Origin: Octopus bimaculoides
Taxonomy: Eukaryota
Assembly: GCF_001194135.2 (NCBI RefSeq)
Contig: NC_068990.1
Location: 4,338,502-4,402,501, forward strand
DNA length: 64,000 nt
Direction of reading: 5' to 3'
The notes beneath the pieces were generated by a model. That model ran no database searches. It was not told the origin of the DNA and saw nothing but the letters and a program-made list of their open reading frames with translations. The translations under genes were made by a program, and so were the position numbers. Below, in pieces: positions 52,619-64,000 of the stretch (position 1 is the stretch's first letter; every line of letters starts with the position of its first letter).

Positions 52619-54729
52619 AAAGACCAAACAAAAAAAAAAATCAGAATACAGAGTATTAACCAGTCAATGGCTTTCTCTAGATTCAAAAAGAGGATAACAA
52701 ATTGAAAAATTTCAAATTTTGCAATTTGTCTCATGGGAAACATAGAAAATGACCAATTTTCACTTCTGTGGCTGGAATTAGCATATAGATGTACTTAGAA
52801 TATGAACTAGATTTACTTTCATATTCTTATGAGAAAGAAAAATAAATGTTAGTTGAAAGAATCAAGTAAAAAAAAAAAAACCAAAATAATAATCAAATGT
52901 TTTTGGAAAGAATCTAGATATGAACACACATGTGCACACACACTGACACATAATTTTACACACACGGGATCAAGATTATTAACAGACATTAGCCTAGATA
53001 TGGACACTAATGGGAAGCTTGAGTTTTATAGGACAGACACTAGTACACTTATGTTCAGGATATGCATTTGACAGCAGAGAGGAGTGATCACTTGTTGGCT
53101 GTCACTTAGCTTTCAGTTTTGATTGATTCAAATAACTAAGTAAATTTTAAGTACATTTTCTATACCTTTTCACTAACACACAACATAACAAGAAGTAAAT
53201 ATTTTCTGGTTGGCAGTATGTGTGCTATTATTATTTATACTTTCTTTAAAATTTCTTGTCAAAAATAGATTTTATAGATAAAATGAAATGCAATAAACGA
53301 TTGGCATGGAATACATACATACATATATATAAGAAATAAATGAAGCTGAAAATGCACAGAGAATATAAGAAGATTTATTTAAATTTACAGAGAGAGAGAG
53401 AGAGAGAGGGGGGGGAGAGAGAGAGAGAGAAAGAGAGAATTACATATGAATCCCCTATCCATTTTAACTTGGGTCTAAGATATGATATTTTACTAGCCTA
53501 AGAAATCACTATACACTTTGAATACCTGATAAATTTTTAGCCTATTTTGGTTAGCAAATATTACCAGATTACAAGATTTAACATAAAGATTGAGACAGGT
53601 TGAATATATCAATATGTAGCAAATATAATGATGATGTGTTTTAAAAATAGCAAGGAAATTCACTAAATTTACACACAAGCTGGATATTCATGATCGTTAT
53701 GAACTTTCTTTTTCAGCTATTGATTCCACTATCAATAGTATAGTATAAACCTATAATCTCTTAAAAGCTCTCAACAGGATATTTGCTTCAGATCTAAATA
53801 TATATTTTATATAGGACAGTGTCATAGACGAAATTGCTCACATTTCAAGAATAAGTTTTCATACAGTTACAAACTGTACTAATTTAGTGTAATTATAGCA
53901 AAAATGTGATACCATAGTCTCAACTACTTATCCAGCTATATAAGATAAATATATAAATAAACAATATGACAGTATTACTATATTTCTTATTCTTAGAATT
54001 TCATGCAGTGAAGCTAATTTCATTTCATATATATATTGCCAATGGACTGAAACTAATTTCACTTCATATACATAAACTATAGATAAAGGAACATTTGTTA
54101 AATAACAAACATGATAAGGAGACAGGAAAACATGACAGTCTTCTTAAAGGAGATTGAATTATTTATGAAACAATTCTTGAGAAAATTGAACAAATCCGTG
54201 CCAAACTTTTTCTCACCTTCTATTTTGATTATGTTTCATCTGAGAAGTACCTGGAATGGTTAATATTATTGATGAGATGCTGAAATTTAGGTGAGAGTGA
54301 CTAAAAGAGAAATGTTATAGTTGAAAAATAACAGAGGAATCTGGAGATTATTAAATGTCTAACGGAATTCTTCACAATGCAGTCTTTGATGTAAGATTGT
54401 GTGTTTTAAACAGCTTATTTTTGATGAACACAGCAACCACTAGTATAATATTTTGCACCAGATAACCAGGGAAGAAATGCTCCCGACTTAACATTCTGAG
54501 CTCAAATGCTATTGGGATCGACTTTGCCTTTCATCTTTTTGGGATCAATAAAATGAGTACCAGTTGTGTACTGAGGTTGATCTAATCGACTGGCCCCCTC
54601 CCCAAAATTTTGGGCCTTGTGCCTAGAGTAGAAAACAATGAAATAAGTACCAGTTAAACACTGGGTCAATGTAATCAACTAAACACTTCTCTCAAAATTT
54701 CAGGCCTTGTGCCTATAATAGAAAGCATT

Positions 54730-54764
<35 letters not shown>

Positions 54765-54976
54765 TAGAGTTTTAAGGTGAGCTGGCAATATTAGAATGCT
54801 GGGAAAAAATGCTTTATAGTATTTCTGGCCTTTTACACTCTCTGCTCAGATTCCATAAAGGTTAACTTTGACTTTCTTCTTTTGGGATCTGAAAAACAAA
54901 GTACCAGTCACGTGTTGTGGTGAACAATATCAACTAACTCCTTCCCCTCAAATTATTATTATTATTACTCTTATAA

Positions 54977-55010
<34 letters not shown>

Positions 55011-55059
55011 CATTATTATTATTTAGTCAGAGTAGAAGGGTGGTAATAGAATAAATAAC

Positions 55060-55375
55060 TTAGCAGTTCTTCTCTGATGTTCATCCTGGTGTAAGTAAAG
55101 AGAAAATATAGGTTGGAATGGAGTTCCAGAGAAATGCATTTTTAAGTAGAAAAGGCATAGCAAAGAGTTTAGTGCAGCAGTTTTAGGATGAGACATATTA
55201 AAAAGACAAGTGTACTGGGTAGGATAGAGACAGTATGCAGCATCTTTGTTTAAGGGAAAGAAGCTATAATAATTACTGTGGAAAAGATATATTCAGCAGA
55301 AACAGCATATCTAGAGATAAGCAGATTTAGTGTTTTGGTGACTGAATGTTTGGAAATGAGCTAGAAGGCCTTTTT
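55060..55375 (-). mobile_element. Possible CR1/Jockey-like LINE 3' remnant
   Basis: The reverse strand contains degenerate LWNSIP-like sequence (TTTCTCTGGAACTCCATTCCA) typical of the end of these RT ORFs. Weak. Confidence 0.3.
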
Positions 55376-55879
55376 ATTGTATAAAATGTGGTTTATGATG
55401 TTTATGTATAAAATAGAAATACTATCACAAATATGTGAACTGCTCTTGTGATTGCTAGAGAGTCAGTAATTACTCAAGGCCTAAATAGTGCTTGCTCTGA
55501 ATAGGAAACTAATCCTTTGGAATTTAGTTTTGGCATTGTTAGATACCAAAACCTGCTTAGCTGTCTTGGATTGCTTTACATGGCTGCTACATGGCCAAGA
55601 GCTGAAAATAAACTGAACAGTTTGGAAATAACAAGAAAAATCATAACGCTGGTTTAGATTGCATTACAAAAGCAAAGCTTTCCCATTAAAAACCACCAAA
55701 ATGCAAGTAATGTAGAGGAACACATTAAGTAACTATACAATATCTAGAGATTGAGAAGAAACATTAACCACATAATCTCTCGTTGTCCAAGTTCAGTCAA
55801 GGGAGAATATATCTGTAGGAGGACAAAGTTGGAGCTTATATATAATGGAAATTCTACTGGTATTGCGAAATAGCAAAAA

Positions 55880-56225
55880 AGAAAGGGTCCCAGAGAATAT
55901 CTGGGGTATGCCAATCCATACTGACAGGGATATCAAAACTAAAAGGTTGAATATTGTAGTTAAGGACCATTGGGAAAGGAAGTTCCAACAGACAATAATG
56001 TGTTGCAAAAAGAAATAGGAAATCATTCAAATATAAATATTTAGAAACAGAAATAACCAAAATTTGAGAATTGAAAACTGAAACATCCCTTACCCTTATA
56101 ATAACAGGTGGCCTGAGAATGATTAAAAGATGTACAAATGAATAACCTAAACCCCAGGACTTAAGAACATGCACAGTATACCGAAAACTATATGACTAAA
56201 CACAGCACACAGATGTGAAGTAGTC
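55880..56225 (+). mobile_element. R4/Dong-like (restriction-like endonuclease) LINE 3' remnant
   Basis: Degenerate WGMPIHTDRDIKTKRLNIVVKD...KYKYLETEITK..LKTET...IITGGLRMIK, matching the WD.PIHTDR.I.ANRPDIVVKD...KY.DL.IEI motif of RLE-type non-LTR elements. Confidence 0.7.
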
Positions 56226-59200
56226 TCAAGACAAAAGGAAATACAAAAACCAAAGCAAAACACTGTTCACACCAGAGCACTTAGAGTTGTTCTTGGTAGC
56301 GTAGTGAAAGCACATGATAAAAATACGACAACCAAAAAATAATAATGGTAATTGGTGATTTCCTGTATCAATTATTTCACACTGAAATCCTATACAAGTT
56401 TACATTTGAGGGACAATCATTCTTAAGTGAAGAAGAATTGACTAATTAAGTGTGAATTGTGATCAATATGGAATAAAATTTTGTTTAGTACTTGTCAACA
56501 ATTATCCGTATAAAAAGTAAATCACATCATTTTATGTCTGAACTATATAAAATGTTAAAAGAGAAAAAAAAAAAAAAGAAAAGAAAAAGAAAAAATGAGA
56601 ATAAGTTCTCACTATAGATACAGACATTACACTAAAAGTTATAAAGTTATGAGAAGATAATTTAATTTAATCGATGGATTTACTCAAATTATAGTGTATT
56701 ATTGTTACAAGCACTGTAGAGTAGAAGGTATGTCCAACAACTTGAATCAATGTACCACTTTCCATTCTAGTTATTTTATTTCATTTGTATCACAAATGTG
56801 TGTGTGAGTGTATACATACAGATATGTATATTAGTATAAATGTTCATAATTTCCATTTCTTGAGTATGAACACAATAGAGGTGTATACATATCAATTAAT
56901 ACCTTTAATATGAATGATAAATTATTTATCACACTTCTGCATTGATTAATTAAATATTAACACTTTTTATTCTAATAATACAGTTCTATAGGAAATGTTT
57001 AATTCATAAAATATTACCATTTACAAAGAGTTAGTAGTAAGATTTTATAATATTGTTTAGCCACGAGTTGGTTTAGATTGAACAAATCTAAGATCAAAGG
57101 CATATTAGTCAATCATCCTGCCTTTTCTTTAAATATAATGTGTCTAGGGTGACATCATCAAATATATACTTCCTTTCCAAATTAGTAGTATGTGATTTGG
57201 GAGGAGATTTGGCTCAATTTTGTAATGTAGTTCTGTTTAATAGAAAAATAAAGGTCTGTTTACTTTGTAAGCATTTGTGTAACATGATAACATGGTATAA
57301 TTTCAGACATTAAAAAGAAATGAAGAAAAATATTGAGAAGGGAGTTGAAGAGAAACTAAAGATAGAAGATGGTTATGGCTTTTGAAATCCCTATCTCTTG
57401 AAACTACCTATCTTGGAGAAATATCCCCAAATATGGCAAATAGAAGAAACATAAGTAGAAACTAAGTTTTCTACCATTCACTGGAAGTCTCTATGTGGTT
57501 GTTTAGCTTGGTAAATGTAGCAGCCAAATATTCTTCACATCACAGCCTTCCTTGGGAAAACAGAGATGCATCAGATAAAATAGTTTGGGGAAGAAGATAA
57601 GATTATTACATTTAGAAAGAAACCTTCAGTTGTTCAGGGTCAGCCTGAGGCTAAACAAGAGAACAAAAACATCAAAGCTTAAAGATACTACAAATTTCTC
57701 TCTCTTTTTCTCATAGAATTGCTATAGCTACTGCTGAATTATCTGTTACAAGTGGGTCTATAACAGTAAATGGGTGTTATTGAAATTGTACAAAACAGAA
57801 AGACAATAAAAGCAAGGGCTAGGGTGGAATTTTCCCATTTTATTTTTCAATACAGTTTACATAAATTTCTGTTTCCAGAGAGTGGGGTTGGATTCAAGCA
57901 GTTATTTTTATAGCTAGATGCTACTCCTATTGAAAACGACTCAAGCATGAATCAAGTATGGATTCTGAAGTAAGCATAGTTAAGCACCTTACTCATAAGT
58001 TGACTTAGGTAATATTGAATGATTGTCAATATGTTAGTAGTTCACCACATTAACCTTACTGCAATTATACCTCTCATGCTTTTCACAAAAATCTATTTTA
58101 TGCTACAAAAATGATTTAAATCTGGAAAAAAAGAAAACAAATGGAATACATTAAAAAAAACATACCGACTATACAGAGTTCATCAACATTGATTTAGTTG
58201 AAATATAAATGGATTTGTCTTGTAATAACACATGAGTCAAAGAGGTAAACATCCATTTTCAAAAGAGACAGATCCTTCACAAACAGTTAGAGACATTGAT
58301 TGTATGAAAGATTGTGTTGTAGTAATGTTCAAGATGATGTTGAGAAGGAAATAGAAAATAAACCATTAGAGTTCACTTGCATCAAATTACTGGTAACTTT
58401 AGAGAAGAGAAATTATAGGCTTCGGTTCCTAATGAGAATGTTTTTAGTTTCAAATTCTATTACATTCTTTCAAAATATTGAGAGTTTTTTATAACATTGT
58501 TGCTGTGAAATTGATTATCTCTTAAATAACAATTATGGTTGCCTCATAGAAAACTTTTTAAATTCTGTTGCAGAAAATACTTTAATCTCAGATCATGACT
58601 GTCATTTAATTTGATTCATTTTGTTGATGTTAGTCTCAGAGGTCAGCAAGTTCATGCTAATTATCTGATTACTTTTCAAGCTGAAGTTATAAATTTGGCA
58701 AGCAAAGGACTGTCAATACACAATTTTCCCTGCAACTGGGTAGTTGCCAACATTAGACTGTGTTTATATATGCATCTCTCTGTACCAACTTTAGCTATGA
58801 CGCCTTCACAAGAAATAATGTTCACTATGCTTGATAAACCTTTTACTATAATGTTTTCAATTTCCCTTACTACTCTTGTAATAATTCTAAGAACACAAAA
58901 AAATAATTCAAAGATTACAAGAAGCTTTGTACAAAAAATTTATGCTATATTTTTATTTCTGGTCAGCTGGATTTAATTATGTCCTTATATCTTCCTGGTT
59001 CAAATCATATTGTGTCCACCACACCAGGCCCCACAATAATCACTATGCCTAGTCCTTTCTTCTCATAATGTCGGGTTTCTGGAATTCCTTTCCTGTCTAT
59101 GTTAGATGAGCTGTGAAACAATAAGTTTTGGGAACCCCTGCTCTAGGAAGTTGATAAAACTCACAATGAGGGAGGGTAATTTCAATGGATTTATAATGTT

Positions 59201-59384
59201 GTCCAACAAATATGTGGCCTTGTATCAATATAATAAATCATTATTGCATCCTTTCAGATCCCTTTGACCTAGTTAATTCTTTTGTCTTTGATCAGCTCTG
59301 TGTACTTCGTATATTTAAAAAAAATTTCTAGTACATCTAACAAGAATCCAGTGATTCAAAGTTAATATATTTTTATAGTTGTTA

Positions 59385-59659
59385 CAAATGAAATTTTCAG
59401 GCAACATATATTCAGCTCCCTGAGGCAAAGTAAATAAATAAATAAATAAATAAATAACTTTATATATATACATATATATAAATTTATTCATTCAGTTATT
59501 TTGCCTCCGGTAGCTTGAATACAGGTAAATATAGGTAGCCTGAAAATCTCATTAGTGACAGCTATGTATAAATATATTTATATCGCTGCCACTAATGAGA
59601 TTTTTAGGCAACATATTTTGGCTACCAGCAGCAAAATAAATAAATAATTAAATAAATAA

Positions 59660-59660
<1 letters not shown>
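59385..59660. repeat. Three-armed inverted repeat (A, A-reverse, A)
   Basis: The unit ATGA(A/G)ATTTT(C/T)AGGCAACATAT...GCAAA-(TAAA)n occurs forward at ~59387, reversed at ~59480-59562 and forward at ~59585-59650. Confidence 0.75.
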
Positions 59661-59724
<64 letters not shown>

Positions 59725-62700
59725 TATAACCCTTTACATTTGATAAAGAAAACTAAAAATAGAATATCTTGAATATCTCTTTATAGCAAGTCATGTATAT
59801 TTCCTGCTGAATTAGCAATTGTTATAAGAAGTGACAGAATGACAAAAGTGTGTAGAAAATTGTAAAAAGAGATCTTGAAAATGTTAAAAGCAAGCAGTTC
59901 ATGCTTTTGATGAGCAACTTCAAAGTGTTCTGAGGGAGAAAGTGGGTCAAGACAATTGGAAAGATGAAACATCTCAAATATCACAATAAAGATGTTTTGA
60001 TTAAATCATAGGCAATCAATATCAATAATTCCACCTTGCAGAACTTTCTGCTTGTATTCCCTTGACTGTAGAGCACTTTGATTTTGCTTTACTTTCATTT
60101 ATGCCATTAATTTAGGATCCAAGACAACTACAACTGTCACTTGTGTTTCTACCTTAATACTGTCTGTCTCTCTCTCTCATCCCCTATTCTTAGAATTTCT
60201 CGTCTGTCTGTGTGTACATGTGTGTGTCATTTATTTTTTACCTTGTGCATGTTGTCACAAATACATCTTCAAGCAGTTGATATTTTACTGTCACACATAA
60301 TTTCATTAATAAACTACTACTACTGCCTCCTCCACCACCACTACCACTGTCATAGCCACTGCTGCCACCACCACCACTGCCGCTGCCACCACCACCACCA
60401 CAACAGCAACAGCAACAATTGCCATGACTACCCTAACTTAGCCGTTGCTATTGCTGTTACTTCGAACAACAGGTATTGTTGTCTCATTGAACCATTAACC
60501 CTTTTGTTACCGTATTTCTGTTGAGATACTCAGTGTTAACATGCTGAACATAATGAGCAAAAACATTTCAGTAAACCAAAACTCACTCTGCAGTAAAGAA
60601 TGGAAAACTTTAAGCCAGTGTTTAAATCTGGTTATGACAACAACTCAAAAATATAAATCCAAGTTAGAATTATGAAAGCAGGAAGGAGAAGAAAACTCTA
60701 GAAGAAGTATTAGAACTAATTCAATTTAATCTCTGAAAAGCATGGTAACAACCCCTAACATATTTTAGTCCTATTAGACCTTCTCAGCAACTTAATCTTT
60801 TCTGCACTTGCTAGACCATAATAAGAGAATGTTCCACTTATGTCTTCTGTTGACTTCAGATCCCACTATTATATAACTAATATAATATTCCACAATTATA
60901 TGACTAACAATTATGCACTAGTATATAAATTTAATGAGTGATTTATGAAGTATCTTTCAAGTTTTGTTGGGTAGGGCACTTCACTGAACTGTCTTGGTAA
61001 CTAGAGATAATTTCACTATCGATAAAATATGATACTATCTTACTACTTTAATGATTTCATGTTTCATATTTTTCTTTCCGTTATTTGTCTATACAAATTT
61101 GTTAATGTTTTGCTTAAAAAATGCTTTATATCATCTTTTCAGTTTCATCTATTACGATTCAAGTTTGGTTTCTGATATAATAATAGTTGATGAACAGAAA
61201 ATGTTGCCGATCAACTAAACTAGTTGTATTCAGAAAATTCCTTATACATGAAGGCTTAGATTACATTGTGCTGTAAAAGCACTGAGCTGGGATGTAATGA
61301 GTTGACAGGTTCACACAAAGCTCTGGATTGACAGATGAGCAAGGATGATGTTGTCATTGCTATTCAAGTTGGAAAGTCATACACTGAATTAAGAACAGCT
61401 TTTGCATTCTATGAAGTGAAATTCATCTCATTATTTAAATGTTAGTTTCTATTTAAGAACAGACAATTTGGGACATTCAGATGAATTGGCAAAATCCAAG
61501 GCCTCTGCCATTTTAAATGAAATTCTTGAATAATTATTTTGATTAATTCTTACTATCCATCTGATCATTTAACATTATTCCATCAGAAAATTTCCAAAAA
61601 GAAACTAAGGCTGCCATATCAGTCTTTTCAAAACTAATATTTCTATATTTTCAATTACATTAGACACTAAATATTTCAGTGAAATTAAGTAACTTCTCTA
61701 AGTATATTGGATATTCATAAATTTTCCCTGAGTAACTATTTAATAACTTCTACTTAAACACTACTGACTCAACTTCAAAGAATATATTGGAAAAGTTTTC
61801 ATGTATTTTTGAAAGAAAAATCTGAATTTCCTTTGTTTTTGATTTTTTAATGGTTTCCTTTGTAAGACAATATCTAAAGATAAGGTTAATAGTTTGAAAA
61901 GAAATATTGGAAAACATACAAGCAAGCAATTATAAGTTAGTGAATGTGAAAAAGTTCAAATTCATTGAATCCAAAATTACTTTGTTTATGCGGCTTTCAA
62001 AGAATTATAACAAAATAAAATGTTAAGCTATATAAATCTCTATCAACTGAAGATACTTTTGGGGACTGTCTTTCTCTTGCTTGTGAGAGGAAAGTTAATA
62101 GACAATAAGAGACAAGGAATGAAATCAGAATCTAATCTATATATGTAAAAACCTATTTTAAAGAATGATTTGTGTTTCTAAATTTTGTCTTTGCACCTAC
62201 TAGCTTTTAAATAATTCTTTTATCAAATTTCTCCAAGAAATGTTCAACATTAACAATGTTTATCAACTTTTATTCTTTGTTGTAATTACATATAGCCACA
62301 CCAAAAAGGCATTTAGACATTTGGTTGGTATGTTCTATAAGAAATATCAGACTGTGTCCATTGATATTTCAAATATATTTTATGAATTAATTTTTTAACA
62401 AATCATGAGTCTCAAGCAAGCAAATGTTCCAAAGTTCTTTTTATGTCACAGTGCAAAGTTTTTTTGTGAATACCACTCCAGTTGAATGAATGGCACTAAG
62501 AATGTGAAGCATATATAAAATCTGAAGGTTTTGTTCCAGTTAAAATATGTACAAGTCTGTGAAGTGATTGAATTAGAAAAGACTTTTTTTTTTATTTATA
62601 AATGATATGAACAAGGTTTTGGTTCAGACTAAAATATTTTCTATTCAAATGGTAACTTGTGACTGATATAGCTCAACAAAACACAATTTTAAAGGGAGAA

Positions 62701-64000
62701 AAGGTAAACTAAGAAGAACATTTATGATGAGTTTATTTTGATTCCTGTTTTACAAATGAATAATCCTTTCATCTCTTGACAATTCTTGATTTATCAACAA
62801 ACACAAGTAGGAAAAAGACTGCAGTGACAGCACGCATAAGCCTCAAAGAATTGAAATAAACAACTATGTTTGCAGGAAATTAGTGCAAGAATAAAAGAGG
62901 TGCCAAGGCTGATTCATGTTGATATAACAATATTTTACAATAAAAGATACAATTTATATTTTGTATTTCCCTGCCCACCTCTAATCATAGATACTATAAA
63001 TACTTACTTGGTTGAATACTGTTATTTATGTATTTGATATTATCCAGTTTTATGTTGCATTATTATATTATAAATCTGTTATTTATGAGTAAGTCAATCA
63101 ATTATACGATATTTTCTTTTTTGTTTTGGTGTCTTAAAGAAATATCTCTAAAATAACAACTTATAAAATTGTTTATGAAGTTTATAATAAAGAATGTCGT
63201 AAAGAGCAGAATGAACCATCATCTTTGAATATTGATTTCTAATAAAGGGACAAAGAAAGGTGGTGAGCTGGCAAAGTTGTTACTGTGCTGAACAAAATGC
63301 TTGGTGACATTTCTTCTAATTTAGCATTCTGAGCCCAAATTTTGCCTGGGTTCACTTTATCTTTCATCTTTTTGGAGTTGATAAAATAAGTCGCAGTTTG
63401 AGTACTGGAGTCCATATAACTGACTTATTCTCTCTCCTGAAATTACTAGCCATGTTCCACACACACATGATGGGCTTTTGTCAGTTTTTGCCTACCAAAT
63501 CCAAATCCACTCTGAAAGCTTTGGCTGCTCTGGGGCTGTAGAAGAAAACACTTGGCTAAACCTGAAGCCTAGTTCAGTTCAACTATGTAGGACATTTATA
63601 TATATAGATGTAGGCATGTGTGGTTGGGAAGTAAACTTTTCAATCACACAGTCATACTTATGTCTATATTTAATCAAAACTACATTTATGAATATATATT
63701 ATCCTTCTTCAGAGCAAATAAAGCAAGGACAAAGATGATGGGCATTGCAATAGTAGATGATGTTACACATTTTCAATAGCTTACATTCTTCACTTATCTC
63801 ACATCTGAACATTTCACAATGTATTTCCTTTCCATGTCTTCATCCTAATAAAACCCATTATTTTATTTGGAGTCAATTTTCCTATAATTGTATGGTTTAT
63901 ATAAGTTTACTGTTCATTTACATTTATCATAGAAACAAAAAAAAAAAAAAATTTTAATTATTTCTATATTCCTGAATAATTGCTGATAAAAAATGTGGAC

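Noticed and set aside
58200-59990. Several short protein-looking plus-strand frames (58300-58494, 58611-58976, ~59890-59980)
   Set aside because: Broken by stops and frameshifts with no motif I recognise. May be very old transposon debris.
60310-60430. Gly/Ser-rich reading on the minus strand (His/Cys-rich on plus); similar tract at 51910-52000
   Set aside because: Cryptic trinucleotide repeat (CAC/TAC/CAG) without splice support.

Overview
AT-rich, repeat-dense eukaryotic genomic DNA with three assembly gaps. The SINE, LINE and microsatellite content looks like an Octopus-type cephalopod genome; this is inferred from repeat families I recognise and was not checked by a search. The window lies inside one large-intron gene on the minus strand. 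Four canonical GT-AG exons (44415-44496, 34548-34633, 14231-14305, 2690-2907) splice in frame to give most of the PDZ domain and the SH3 domain of a p55-subfamily MAGUK scaffold, most like MPP7. The L27 exons and the HOOK/GUK exons appear to lie outside the window. Most of the listed six-frame ORFs are microsatellite or transposon artefacts. The introns hold a full-length decayed mariner, a mini-mariner, a Helitron PIF1-helicase fragment, a Penelope-like GIY-YIG fragment, RTE and R4-like LINE remnants, piggyBac-type MITEs and many tRNA-derived SINEs. The most interesting signal is a repeated cassette of a tRNA-like Pol III head, an (AAT)n spacer and a minimal hammerhead ribozyme motif. One copy abuts the Penelope endonuclease ORF and two form a head-to-head fold-back. 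Also notable are a locally duplicated, about 90% conserved ~280-bp segment near 51-52.6 kb and a candidate in-frame cassette exon at 9133-9189.
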